Positions 1-13,675 of a stretch of DNA of 64,000 nt are shown here, one piece after another; the stretch's first letter is position 1, and each line of letters starts with the position of its first letter. Under the pieces are notes generated by a model. It saw only the letters and a program-made list of their open reading frames with translations, ran no database searches and had not been told where the DNA came from. The position numbers were made by a program, and so were the translations under genes. The stretch is from Marsupella aquatica (taxonomy: Eukaryota > Plantae > Marchantiophyta), in NCBI GenBank assembly GCA_973895155.1, contig OZ316896.1:20900152-20964151 (forward strand). The letters run 5' to 3'.

Positions 1-670
1 CCCATGGCATGTGCACCACATCTACTTCCCATTGAAAATGTACAGAAAGAGGACTAGTGGGATTAAGTCCATCTCTAAACCGAACTTTAGAGTAATATTG
101 ACAACTCTCACAAGATCCAACATAGGATTTTACATCCACATACATGCCTGACCACCAGTACCACCTTTGAACCCGCTCATAGGTAGCTTTAACTCCTCGA
201 TGTCCTGCTTCAACAGCATCATGAGAATCCCATAAGACTCTCTTCTTCTCTTCATCTGTATCAAGAACTCTACAAGGAACATGTCCTTTCTTCAAAGACC
301 TTCTCCATAAAACACCATCCTTTAGCATGAACTTGTAAGCCTTCTTCCGTAATTGTTGAAACTTCTCTTCTATCATTTCAACAGGCCTTTGAAGAGTACT
401 AAGGTACCTTCCAATCAAGAGCAACTCTCCAGAATAGAGCTCCTCTTGAAATGTTAAGACCTCAAACTCTCCATTCATCACTCGAATTGCCTCCACTTCA
501 TTCTGATCATAGCGGGCTCTTGAAAGCATATCTGCTAGTGGATTATCTTTTCCAGCAATGTGTCGAAGCTCGGGGTTGATCATCCTAATGAAAGCTATCC
601 AACGTAGCATAGCAATGTCTGGAGTATCACAGTTAGCAATCATCCCTAAAAGTGGTAAACAATCAGTCTC
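1..670 (-). pseudogene. pol: Gypsy pol fragment: RNase H C-terminus and integrase zinc-binding domain
   Basis: Manual translation gives ETDCLPLLGMIANCDTPDIAMLRWIAFIRMINPELRHIAGKDNPLADMLSR...SHDAVEAGHRGVKATYERVQRWYWWSGMYVDVKSYVGSCESCQ. Not in the ORF track. Confidence 0.92.
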
Positions 671-1701
671 CCCTGGGCCCTTAGTGTTACTAATACAGGG
701 AGGACGTGCGAACAACGCAAGGGTATTTTTAATGTAATGCAAACTAATTTTTATAACAGTTTTTAAAGTAGGCAACATCCCTCTATATACATTCACCACA
801 ATATTAGTAATAAGGCAAGAATCAAATACATGTCACATAAATCTTATGCAAGGGTACCCAAAACGCCAAGTACACGCGTCACTATATGGTTGACACACAT
901 GTCATCACTTCATTTGCACACGTGTCCATATAGTAAATCAGATATTTAATTATTATCATCTTAAGGCAAGTTTGGTTTCGTTGGTCCCCTTATGGTGGAA
1001 CAAATGGGTTAAGGTAGACATGTTTACCCGCATGTTTAGGAGTTAAGTGGGGAGTTGAGTAAATTTTGGGCCAGGATCTTTGGGCCCAACTTGGTTGGGA
1101 AACTGGGATTGATGGGGATCCATGGATTAATCCCACATGGACGGACAAGATTACTTTTGAATTCCCTTGAATCAAACAGCCATGTATGAGGCCAGATGTG
1201 TTTGTGTATTGAGGGAGGGGTCTCGAGCGCTCAAACAATGTTTGTTATAGTTGGTTCAGACTTTGAAGTATTATTCCTGGATTATACATATATAGTACTA
1301 ATGAAAACTAGAAGTTCAGAGGCACTTTTGCGAACACTAAGACAAAACTGCAGGTCTATGTGTAAACTATAGGAAGAACTATAATTTTCTCTCGTCCTAA
1401 TTTTGTTTATCTATATAAAATATGTACCTTGAACATCAAGCATAACATACAAGTCCCCTATGAAAGATAAAGTTTTAACTATTTCAGTATGATATTTGTA
1501 ATTCTAAAAATTCAAGGGTGTTTTCAATTCCTTGAAAAACTCTATTATAATTTATAAAAGGATAAAATTTAATAGGAAAAGTTAATATTTTTACATTAAC
1601 AAGGGGATTTTTTTTGTGAACAAAAATATTAAGAAGGGGTACACGGGGGATATCTGTTCTCAGGGGGGTTCACTTGATATAGTAAGAGTGAGGGCCCAGG
1701 G
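671..1701. mobile_element. Non-autonomous TIR element (1031 bp) with 8-bp TSD
   Basis: TCAGTCTC is duplicated at 663-670 and 1702-1709. Imperfect TIRs: CCCTGGGCCCTTAGTGTTACTA vs reverse complement of the right end CCCTGGGCCCTCACTCTTACTA. No credible ORF. Confidence 0.92.
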
Positions 1702-2197
1702 TCAGTCTCAAGAATAACCCCTATTTAGATAAAACTGGACAATTAGTGAAATTTTGGATTGATTGAAATTACAATTAAATCATATTTAAGCAAAATAAAT
1801 TCATTATTACTAAGTTAACACTTGCATGTACCAAAAAACCATATATATTGGTACACAATGTCATAATTAGAATTATTGTAATATGCACAATTTAGAATGA
1901 AAGATGCACAATCCATGGTCCAATAATGAATAAAGTGGTACAAGGTGTACAATCACATTAATGTGCACAAATTTACTAGTAAGAGTGAAATGCATAATCC
2001 ATGATCCAGTCATGAATAACCATCCACATATGGAAATCATTCAATGCTAGGTTGCTTTCTTGTGATTGTTGAAGAGAAGAATTTTATTGAAGAATTGCTC
2101 TCCCCTTTTTAATATGTCAAATCAACCAAATAACAAGGTGATGATGATGATTTACAATTACTTATCCTTCTACTAATAAAACTACACTGTCTAAGTA

Positions 2198-5100
2198 TCA
2201 TGAAGTTGATGCTGCCTCATCCTCTAAGCATCTATTCAAATTGTCTCTTGCTTTCATTGCATGACTTTTTGCTATTCTAACTAAGCCACTTTTGGCTGTG
2301 GTCCGTCCCTTGAAACACCATAGTACAGTGTTCACACTTATTGTCTCAGTGGAATACCCTGGATCACGTTCCCATTGTTGATTCCAACAATCTAACCACC
2401 GCTGTCGTGGCTCATATTCTGGCTGACCACGTTTTCTTAGCATGTAAGGTCTATACCACTCCACAATACACACATGTTCAAGTTGATTGTTGGCATTCAA
2501 CTCTCCTTCTTCCACATTACTAATCACTTTGCCCAAATAAATTGGGTAAATATCTAGGTCAGCTGTGTCTGGCCGAACCAAGATATAATTATCTTTCATG
2601 ATATCTACCCTTGGGTTAAAAGTTTCACGAGGTTTGTCTTTCCTTGGTCCCACATACCCAATCTTTGCATCCAACTCACATGCCACATTGCGGTATTGCA
2701 AAGGAACACTATCTCTCCATTTTGACATGGGCCAAAATCCATGAACCAAGTGTTCCTCTCCAGATGTATATTGCACCGCCTCTGTCTCCAAAGTATGGAT
2801 AATTTGATTCCAGTATTGTATCAGTGCCACCCATCTACCCTTTCCTTCTTCTGAAGTAGTTCGATTGCAGACAAAATTAAAAAATTTCACTTGCTTATGT
2901 AGTCCTTGTCGCACCTCCTCTACCATGGCCATTTCTATCATTGGTAATCTTTTTGGTTCTCCTACGGGAAGTTTTGGACTATTATCATCCGTCCACGACC
3001 ACATCTCAATACCTTCTCTTGGGAGCCAATCATCCTCTTGGCATTTCATTTTGTATTGAAGGCATGGCATACCATCATCACGCACATACAATCGAAATAG
3101 TCGTGGTTGCAAATGCCCCACCAATGAGTCCCCTCCTTTAAGCAAGTATGGTTCCAAGTATGATTTAAAATCGGGCACCTCTTGCACGAAATGGGGAACT
3201 GGATGTGGAGTCCTTGCCCCCATTAACAATGACATTAAATCTGCCAAAGAATAGGTTGGGTTACGCATTAAACTTTCAGAGAAATGGCCAAACATAGCAT
3301 CAACATCCTCATGAGTATGTCCGACCATGAGAAATCCCAGATGAATCTCTTCAAAAACATCTCTTGCCGTCAGTAGGGACAAATAACCCAACACATATCT
3401 GTTTTTGTTATCTCCTGCACAATTGTCAAGTTGTAACTTCAAAACTCTTGGAAGAGGCTTGAAGGTAGTAGACGCATCCAATGAGTGTGACTTCGCTGCA
3501 AAAATTTAAGAACCATATATATTAGGGTCAATAATTAATTTAGAGCCAAAACATTTTCATAGAGCCTACATATTTTCTTAGACATATAGAATAACCAATA
3601 ATATACCATCATGGGCAACGATTTATGAACATAAACTCAAATGAACTATAGTTTCTAGTCTGAAATAAATAGTTAACGGTTCAAGCCATGGTTCTCACTA
3701 AGTTTTGCATACACTAACAACAAACCATGGGTCACACTTTCAATAAGCTAGTTACAATGAACCATGGTTTGTGCTCTCAAATAAACTAACAATAAAAAAT
3801 GGTTCATACTTTGAAATAAACTATCAATGAACCATGGTTTGCACTTATCACATAAAATAACAAACAAGGATATATCCTAAGAAAATGACTCTCACATGAG
3901 CGAATAATAACAATCTTTATGTCAACTGACAATGAACTCTGGTTGACACCTTGGAAGGTCACATCACTTACAAAGGAAGCATGGTTGATACTGAATATGG
4001 CATAAAAATAACAACACTTATTTGCATTGAAGTGAAATAATTACCTAGATTTGATATTTCGTCCTTAAATGCTTCACGAAGTTTTCCCTCCAATATAGGT
4101 CCTCGCCCCTCAAGCAAGTTTTCAAATAGTTTTGTGGAATCTGGCCCTTCCACTAAAGATTTGATCATCGGTTCTGGATTTTCCAACATTCGAAGTATTG
4201 TGTCAAGTGAACCAATTGTGGCATTGGCATCAGGTGCCCACACTCCAACATTATATTGAGCAATAGCTTTTGGACCATGGCCATGAGTCAAAATACCAGT
4301 CAAGGTAATTGGAAGTTTAATCGCACCATCCACTTCTTTCGGACAAAAGGGCATCCTTGGTAGTGCAGTCTTACAATGATCCATTTTATCATGAATTATG
4401 CATAAGACCTGTTTTGGATTATCAACAGACTGGCGTCTCCAAGAGTGATATAATAATCTGCCTTCGGTATGATCACGATGATGAGCGATTTCATCCCTCT
4501 TTAAAATCTCAATCTCTTCTTTCACACCGGTCAGATTTGCTTTCCGTTGCATCAACTCACTACAAGTTGTACACTTGGAAAAGTTATTGCCTTTCTTATG
4601 AATCGTCACTTCCTTGAAGTACTTTTGATGTAAAATACTCAATGTGGACTGGGAGATTGGTTGAAGACCAAGCTCTAAATTTGTAGCATTGAGCTTGTTC
4701 CTAATACTTTCCCAAGTATAACTTGTAGGTAGCTCCTTTAAAACTTGTCGAGATTTGTCTGCAGTCGTCCTCATTTTTGCAGGATGAAGATCTGCGCACT
4801 CATCAATCAACCCATGCAATGACATATAGGCTTGAGAAACTCGTTCAGTCATCCTTCTCTTTCCTTGGTTTCCATGATAAGCTATCCTCACCCCATTACC
4901 CACAGCCTTTCTGAGCTCATAGAATTGACTTCGCCCTTTGGAGTGCAAAATCCTCCATGCCTCCAAGCATATTGCCTTCCCTTCAATGATGATTAGTTTT
5001 TCAGTATTAGATAGTTCCAATATATTGACAATAGCATTGATCTCATACTCTTTTCGCATCTAAAATGATTTCTCCCAATAGTTCTCCCTAATCCCCCTTG

Positions 5101-5974
5101 CCACATGAGGGTCAAGAAGATGGCAGCACCGACGAAGGCAACATTTCTGTTTTCTGATTTCCTCCACATCTTCTTTGGAAAGGGACTTGTCTTTCTTTGA
5201 CGAAGAAAGAGAAGGTTGTTTTCTTTTTCTGGTTATTGGAATGTATGATCTCTTTCGACTTGAAGCATCTAGATCCTCCTCCTCTGCATCTACAAAAAAT
5301 GAGGCTAATAGCCTTCCGTTACTTGTGACGAGCCTATCCAATGGCCATGCCCTCAAACAATCTCTATGTTTCAGGTGATCATTGGTTGCACCTTGAATAT
5401 ATTCATCAATCAAGATTCCCACATGTGTATTTCGAAGAGTAGTATCTCCCAATGTCACTTCTGGATTAACAGCCATTACTCTTGCAATGGCAAAGGCAAA
5501 ATGTGTTTCATCAAGTACTTTAACAACCATTCCCATCCATAAACTTGTGGATGAAATTCGAAGAGGATTTCCACTAGATTCAACTCCATTCTCATTTGAC
5601 CACTCCGGTTGGTTTCCTTGAGCTTCGTTCTCATTTGAGATCTCTGGTTGGCTGGTATCACTTCCATTGCTCGTTGAAGCTCCATTCTTGTATGAGGTAT
5701 TAGGTAGGTATCCAGTAACCATTTCAAGTTGCTGAAGTTGACCTTTTTTCCAGACTAGAAAAGATCCTATCATGTCAGCCAAGCTTTCACCATGATCCCA
5801 TTGAATTTCCCCATCAAATACTTCTTTCAAGGTAACAAGAACTTGAAGAGGCCCAAGAGGAACATTATGGCAAATCCGAGATGGATCCACACTTTGAATG
5901 ATACCCTTCGCAACCATTTTATTTGATATGCACAAACCTACGGTTTCACCGACAATAATCCAAGATGTCGCCAT
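2198..5974 (-). pseudogene. Sola-like (DUF7869-type) DDD transposase, two coding exons (5974-4045, 3495-2198), ~1075 aa, one in-frame TAG at 5060-5062
   Basis: Motifs CCLRRCC, FSKCTTC...HHRDH, IIHDKMD, LQLDNCAGDNKN and FLMVGHTHEDVDAMF. A GT...AG intron at 4044-3496 joins ORFs 3968..5059 and 2198..3481 in frame. ORF 5060..6004 is in frame across a single stop. The superfamily label is inferred from motifs plus the 4-bp TSD. Confidence 0.85.
3625..3950. repeat. Degenerate ~35-38 bp tandem repeat in the transposase intron, built around AACCATGGTT
   Basis: Units resemble AATAAACTAWCAATGAACCATGGTTTGYRCT. Perfect cores at 3760 and 3830, variants at 3684, 3723 and ~3935. Confidence 0.75.
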
Positions 5975-8470
5975 TATTTTATCTGCACATTCAATCCAAA
6001 TCAAAGTTAACCTCTGTTCCTAAGATATAGTTGTTGTTTTTTTCTCTGAATATACCCAAGGGACCGTATACTTTTTGTCTTAGTTTTCCAGACCTACTTT
6101 GTTTCCCTTGTTTCTCAATAGCCTTGAACTCTCGTGTAATTGTCTGAGATGAGTTGCCCTCACAACTAAGTTGGCAGGTTGTTACTTACCATTGAGTTCA
6201 AGAAGCATTGTGTACATTTGACCCAAAACCCTAAACTACTACATACTTAAATGATGTCTTACCACAAGATGGCAACTGCAAACCATGGTTCGCTCCATTA
6301 ATGAGAATATAAAAAAAGTACTAAGGCGTATAATTACCATGACTATCTTTTATCATATTATAGATATGAAGTGTTTCTTATGGGGTGTTTTTATAGTATT
6401 GTCATCAAGAAACAATGTTCAGGCTAGGTTTAAATTCACCATGAATGATACATTTTAAAACAAAAGCAAATCAGTATTACAAGAGAAAGTCATCTTGCAT
6501 TATAATTGTTTGATGTGTAATAATTCCATCAGTTTAGAATTCATAAGAAAGTCTTTATCAAATGTATTCTATTGGACTTATGTATGAGTTTCTCTTGACC
6601 AGAATGTAAACAATATTAAAGAGAGTTATAATCATACTTAAGCAAAGCAGGAGACTGAGGTTCATGTATCATATAGATCATGTGACTATGAACCATGGTT
6701 TGTGGCCTTTGGTCATAGTCACATTTTTATTTTTCTAGCTAGGAGTATACTAGTCAGTTTGGTAATTTACTCCTAGTTTTAGATGATGCTGTTAAATAAG
6801 GCTCATTAATTCAAGGGCTACGTACCATGATTTGTACTCACCTTTCATTTTCCCATCTACAAGTTGAGTTAGTTTGATATGGTTTGAACCATGGTTCGAA
6901 GTCACTTTTTACATGTAGGTGTAGAGTTGGTTCACTCCGAGTATTAGATAATTAATGCCATCAGATAAGCCTCTTACTAGGCACACGAACCATGGTTCAT
7001 GGTCACTTTTTAAAGTTTTGATCATCTACTTGAAGTATTAGAGGTTTCCTAGTCACCTCAGAAGTCATTTGTTTGAGAAAACCACAACATGACAAAGGTA
7101 GGGCTCATGTACCAACCACAAATACTTATCATAATAACATTCTCCCACAAGTTATTTGGTGTTAAATCTAGGAGAAAGCACATACATATATGTTACTTTC
7201 ATTCAAGTATCTTTGTTTGCTTATATGCGTTCAATTTTAAATTATGTATGTCAAGTAACCGTCACGCTAGTTAGTTTGTGAAAATCTACACTCAGGTAGA
7301 CTATGATTGAAGTTGAACAGGTTAACAAAAGATTAACCTCATCAAACATTAGAATGAATCAGATATATTACTCAGTTACAAATACAATCTACAATCTTAA
7401 TGATTAAATTCTCACTTAAGTTCGAGTTAGGGAATGATTCTTGAGTTCAAGATTCATATATATTATGAAGTGAATTGAGTTCACACATCACAATCTAATT
7501 CATCAATTCAATCTCTCATTCTAAGATTGAAGAAGAACTAATGCAAAAAGGAAGAACTCGAATGGATGGTTACTTACAGTTTCAAGACACATACAGCTTG
7601 TATATCTTCTCTGCCACTCTAGACAGTTCACTCAATCTTCATCAACAAATAACTCGTGCAGTCTCTTGCCAGTTCCTCTATAGTCGCACACTATGACTCT
7701 TTGATGAAGGCTGACTGTCTAATCTCCTCGATCGCTCTTCAATGTTAATCCCCGTGTTAATCTCTATCTCCTTGAACAATCTGTACTCTAAGAACTCCTC
7801 CCAGCTCTCCTCTTGAAGTATCCCCTCCCAGCACTTGAAGCACTCTCCTCGCAGCTTGAAGCGCTCTCCTCGCAGCTTGAAGCGCTCTCCTCGTAGCTCT
7901 CCTGAATCAAAACCCTTTCCTAGTAAATGAACTCCATAGACGATCAAAACAGACTTAACGTTTTTGACTCCACAAGAGGATTCTGGAAGTTCGCATTTCA
8001 AAATGAAACTTTTGGGGGGAATTTTGAATTTTGACCTGGTTATGATTGCCTTGGCCTTCGGTAACTGATTCTCATGCCCAATCGATCTGATGCAAACTGA
8101 TCATATCTTGTCTTGTAAATGCCCGGAGGTACCCTTCGAGCAGAGAAAAGTTTACAAGGCCTTGGCCGTAAAATTAATAAAATTTTCAATTATATGCTTG
8201 TAAATTGAAACAAATTTTTAACTTGCTAGGGGGATCCTCACCTAATCTTTTAATTTGCACCCATTATACATTTACTACTAAGGTAACTTACTTCCTTTAC
8301 GATTAAATTTACCATTTGTACTACCATAATTTATTTAACCTCATTCAATATTTTTACTACCATCATTATTTAACCTACTAAGGTAACCTCATTCAATCTT
8401 TTTACTACCATAATTTATTTAAATTACTAAGGTAACCTGATTTGTTCTTTTTACTACCATTATTTAATAG

Positions 8471-9466
8471 CCTATAACTAAGGGTAATACTCGCCTAAGA
8501 TTTCACAACACATATGAATTATTAAACCTACTCGGGTAACCGCCCCTTAATCTTATTATATCTAAACCTTAAACCCCTAAACCCTAAATCTGATTATATA
8601 TATTATGTGTTTAACCCCTAGGGTAACCCTTGATCTCTTAATCCTTGTGCAACCATTATTAATTTAACTTACTACAAGGGCCTCTCTCAGTCTTGTGCAA
8701 CCATTATTTATTTGTACAATTAACCCAAAGTCATCTTAGCTAATTTCTATGAAAAATACCTGTTTTGGATCGCACGTGGTTCCTAAGATTTTTGATAGTC
8801 AACCCCCCGAGCATCTTAGGATTAAGGACTGTTATCGATGTTTAGGCTTAAGGTTAAATAGAGTTAACCTAAATAATGTTTAGGGTTCTAGGGTTTTATG
8901 TTCAGGGTTCAGGGTTTAGGGTTTTTAAGGGTTTCAGCCTAAACCCTAACTAAACCCTAGCTAAACCCTATAACTAAGGCTAATACTCGCCTAAGATTTC
9001 ACAACACATATGAATTATTAAACCTACTCAGGTAAACACCCCTTAATCTTATTATATCTAAACCCTAAACCCCTAAACCCTAAATCTGATTATATATATT
9101 ATGTGTTTAAACCCTAGGGTAACCCTTGATCTCTTAATCCTTGTGCAACCATTATTAATTTAACTTACTACAAGGGCCTCTCTCAGTCTTGTGCAACCAT
9201 TATTTATTTGTACAATTAACCCAAAGTCATCTTAGCTAATTTCTATGAAAAATACCTATTTCGGATCGCACGTGGTTCCTAAGATTTTTGATAGTCAACC
9301 CCCCGAGCATCTTAGGATTAAGGACTGTTATCGATGTTTAGGCTTAAGGTTAAATAGAGTTAACCTAAATAATGTTTAGGGTTCTAGGGTTTTATGTTCA
9401 GGGTTCAGGGTTTAGGGTTTTTAAGGGTTTCAGCCTAAACCCTAACTAAACCCTAGCTAAACCCTA
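8471..9466. repeat. 496-bp tandem duplication rich in telomere-like AAACCCT/TTTAGGG repeats
   Basis: Unit CCTATAACTAAGG...CTAAACCCTA starts at 8471 and 8967 with near-identical copies. Telomere-like runs occur in both orientations. Confidence 0.92.
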
Positions 9467-11671
9467 AAGCCCCTGAACCCTTAACCAAGTAGTCAAACCT
9501 CATTGTGGGCGCCCATGTGGTCTCTTGTGACATGTCCATTTCAAAATTCCGGGCCAATGGTTGTGCCAGAATCAAACCTAAACAAATACAAGGTCCATTT
9601 GTGTTTGTTGTGAAACTATTACAATTTATAATTTGTCTCGGGAACTCAGGGCCAAAGAGAATTCAAATTTAACGTACCAAATAAGAATGAGGAACTTTAA
9701 ACCAACCATACTTTAAATTTCACAGTTATTCTTTTTGAGTTTTCACTATGTTTATTTAGTTCTACTCGGGTACATTAGTATTCAAAGGCGCATTAAGAGA
9801 GTTTTGGCCATTATTTGCTGTGGGTCAAAAGCCCGTTTGGGTTGAGAGTTTTTATGTTGCAAATTGGGGTTGCTCAAGCTTTTGTTGAGATTCAACCATG
9901 TACTAATTATTGAAAAATGGTATAGTTAGCTAGGAGCACTATAAACCAACCATACTTTAAGTTAGTGGGTTCTTCTTATTGTGTTTTAACCATTCTTTGT
10001 AAGAGAGAGGCAGGTGGGTTTCGGGCACCTAGTTGGATTCCTTTGCTTAACCCTCCTATGCAGTTTACGACTGAGCTTGACCAGGCTCTTCAGTATGTTG
10101 ATAGGTAGGGTTTGGTTTTTGTGTGTCCTCTTATGCGGGAAACCCTGCCTGCTGTTAACCCTAAACTGATAAATGTTTTGGCCTTTTTTGTGTTCTCCCT
10201 TGATTGGGTTTTTGGCCTGTGGAATCTTGTCTCCCAGTTGGGCGCCTTCTGCTTTTGGCAGTTTGATATAAAAAATTAGTGCTATTAGCATATGTTGATA
10301 TCCAAAGTATTTCAACCTTGCACATTTTCAACTGTTGAAAGAAGCAAAAATTATTGGTGACAAAATGTAAAAGATTAAGGTCCGGATTAAGGTCCAAGAC
10401 AGTCCATTATTGATCAAAATGTTGTATCAAACTATTCCCAGATGGATAATACATGATTAATATTTTGGATGAAGCTAGGAACTTGCAAATGACACTGTTC
10501 AAGTCTTGTTGATCATTTCATTGATGGTCTCTTTTCTACTTGGCGAACCCTTTGTTTTCATGGACCTGGGGGAGAATGTAAAAGTAGATTAAGGGTCCAG
10601 GCATTATTGTAAGTGTCCGTTATTGCATTGTAAGTGTCCATTATTGTAAGTAGATAATTTGTGAGTGACTGTGGGAACTAAGCAAGGAGATAGCACTAGT
10701 CTAAACCCTAAAGCCCCTGATTCAAACCTTAACCTGGGGTTAGCCTTAGTCAAACCTCATTGTGGGCCCATGTGTGGGCCCTTGGGGCATGTCCATTTCA
10801 AAGTTCCGGGCCAATGGTTATGCCAGACCCAAACCTAAACAAATACAACTATGTGTGTTTTTTGTGAAACTACTACAATTTATAGTTTGTCCCGAGAACT
10901 CAGGGTCAAAGAGAATTCAAATTTAACGTGCCAAATAAGAAGGAGGAACTTTAAACCAACCATACTTTAAATTTCTTAGTTATTCTTTTTGAGTTTTCAC
11001 TATGTTTATTTGGTTCTACTCGGGTACATTAGTATTCAAAGGCGCATTAAGAGAGTTTTTGGCCATTATTTGTTGTGGGTCAAAAGCCCGTTTGGGTTGA
11101 GAGTTTTTAAGGTGCAAATTGGGGTTGCTCAAGCTTTTGTTGAGATTCAACCATGTACTAATTATTGAAAAATGGTATAGTTAGCTAGGGGCACTATAAA
11201 CCAACCATACTTTAAGTTAGTGGGTTCTTCTTATTGAGTTCTAACCATTCTTTGTAGGGGAGATGCAGGTGGGTTTCGAGCAACTAGTCGGATTCCCTTT
11301 CCTCCTATGCAGTTTACTCGTGAGCTTGACCAGGCTCTTCAGTATGCGGATAGGTAGAATTTGGTTTTTGTGTCTCCTCTTGTGCAGGAAACCCTGCCTG
11401 GTGTTAACCCTAAACTGATAAATGTTTTGGCCTTTTTTGTGTTCTCCCTTGATTGGGTTTTTGGCCTGTGGGATCGTGTCTCCCAGTTGGGCGCCTTCTG
11501 CTTTTGGCAGTTTGATGTAAAAATAAATTAGGGTGTGTTCATGGACCTGGGGGACCATGTAAAAGTAGATTAAGGGTCCATTATTGTAAGTGTCCATTAT
11601 TGTAAGTAGATACTCTAATAATTTGTGAATGTGGAAAGCAAGGAGATAGCACTAGTCTACACCCTAAACCC
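9458..11671. repeat. Second tandem duplication (~1.24 kb and ~0.97 kb copies)
   Basis: Copies start TAAACCCTAAAGCCCCTGA at ~9458 and ~10702 and end GCAAGGAGATAGCACTAGTC. Copy 1 has ~280 extra bp (~10280-10555). Confidence 0.88.
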
Positions 11672-11857
11672 TTTTGATGGCTTTGATTAAAGCTGCTGTT
11701 GCATACCGTGAAGCTGGTAGAAAACAATTGAAGTCTTTTTCAAAACAAGTACTGTATAAAAATGGTAATTATGCAACAGCAGCTTTCGGCGAAGCAGGTT
11801 TAAGCAACACAGTCAAAAGGGTATGCAATAGCAGCTTTAATCAAAGCCATCAAAAGG
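11670..11857. repeat. 38-bp inverted repeat flanking ~110 bp (hairpin or MITE-like)
   Basis: CCTTTTGATGGCTTTGATTAAAGCTGCTGTTGCATACC (11670-11707) pairs with 11820-11857 with 1 mismatch. No TSD found. Confidence 0.85.
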
Positions 11858-13009
11858 ATAATTATGTAAGAGCAATGCCATGCCTAACGGCAAAAAAATG
11901 GAGTACAAGAGCAAGTCCCAGAGCAAGTTAGGATGGGAAACTTTCCAGCCATTGAGATCCTTACCTCAAACTCCCTAGTAGAATAATCACAACTGAAGAT
12001 ACTTAGTTGAATCCGGGGTTGAATCCTGATATGTCTAGTTAATCTGTACTAGAAATTGAGAACTCCAAGTTGTGTTGAATCAAATGGTTATACCTTGGTT
12101 CTTCAGCTGACCATAAACAATACGTTTGAAGACCATCGCATAGGAACCATCTACCACCCCTACAGAACCAAGATACATTAAGTTGTCAGATGAACTACTG
12201 CATTTTGATAAACCTTAAAAAGAACCTAGCTTTCTTATAATGTGACAAGCATACTACGGCTTAGAGAACAAATTTCTAACCACAACACTTCAAAATCCAG
12301 AATTAGACTCCTGGACCAACATGAAAAGATCTCACTGGACGATCAATCTGTTAGGTAGAGACATAACTATTATCTCCAAGTTTCCCCACAAGTTCCACAT
12401 AGTGATTAAGTCTTTACTTTGTTACTCTACTATATAGGTTTTGACTCTCTGTTTTGGCTTTTTGTAAGTATGTGGTGTTGTGTTTGCAAATTGTTGTTGT
12501 GTTTGAATTTGGCATTGTGAGATGAAATCATAGTGCTCAGGGTCTCCAGGAGCATTACCAGGACGGAGCTCAAATGCATTGTACGTTCTCAATAATAGAT
12601 TAACACTTGAAAAGTTTGAGGAAAACCCTGGGTAGTTGTGAAAATAAGGGTATTTTGGTAGGAAGCACATCCATGAGGTTATAAATATCTCCTTAGGGAT
12701 AGTTAGCTCAATGAATCTTTGTGTGACCAAAAGCTATTGGGAGACAAGAAATATCCTTCAAGAGGGCCTCTTCTTTTGCTCAAAATTATATAATTTCCAA
12801 AATCTTGATATTATTTTTAAGAAACCAAGGGTCATAGTCAAAGAAGGGGAGTGTCATTTTTCTATTTGTCCACAAATCATTATGCAATTTGATCATGTAA
12901 ACCCTAAACCCTAAACCCTAAAGTCACACATAATAAAAATTGAAATGATTGCCTAAAGTAAATGATTAGTCATGGGGATTAGGGGCAGTCTAGGGGTGGG
13001 GGACCTATG

Positions 13010-13675
13010 CCCGGGCCCTCACTCTATGTATATTAAGTATATCGTTGTTATATGTAAAAAATTAATTTCTGATAACGTTTTACACCCTTAGGTGCCTTAT
13101 AAAACTGGTGAAATCTAGATTTGAAAACCCATTCAGGAATTATAATTAGGAAAACCCAACATAGGGCTAGCATACCAGATACACAAGTATTCCAAACAAA
13201 AGGATGCATACAGTCACACATACAATTTATATAATTATGTTTGAATGACCAGTTTGGCCAAACTGGTCCCCAAAACTGGTATAAGCTCTAAGACAAAAGA
13301 TCTGGACCTTTCAAGACTTTGATCTGTGCACTCCCCACAAAACTCTGAATCTGTCATACCAAAGCCTTTCCCAAACTTACCCCCTCACTAAACCCCCAAA
13401 ACCCTTTTACCCCTGCTTTTACCTTAGGATAGGCGCACCCATTAAAATGGAAATATAAGGATTTGCCACATATTGCAAAGAGACCTTGCCACATGGACCA
13501 CTTATACAATGACGCATGGCACATACATTATAAGACCCCTTCAGTCTGATTAATATGCCACCACTTTGGAAATATCTTTCTGACTTATAAACCCAAACTT
13601 GTATAAATTTGGAGGTTGGTTTGTTGTAATTTAATTATAAAAATTAGTCGGAATGGGATTAAAAACACCCTTCAA
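13010..13675. mobile_element. Partial relative of the 671-1701 TIR family
   Basis: Starts CCCGGGCCCTCACTCT (cf. CCCTGGGCCCTCACTCT). Region 13635-13672 TTATAAAATTAGT...TTAAAAACACCCTT resembles the opposite subterminal region of 671-1701. Second TIR and TSD not found. Confidence 0.45.

Noticed and set aside
7249-8160. Possible solo LTR (TGTCAAG start, 21-bp repeats) or TIR start CCCGGAGGT at 8122
   Set aside because: No matching end or TSD found. Minus-strand GTAAGT donors suggest it may instead be the transposase 5' UTR/promoter.
8878-8970. True telomere or chromosome fusion site
   Set aside because: The repeats are short, degenerate and inside a duplicated unit within a transposon.
9986-11597. 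Two similar minus-strand ORFs (109 and 118 aa)
   Set aside because: The similarity is explained by the tandem duplication, the ends differ and no domain is recognisable.
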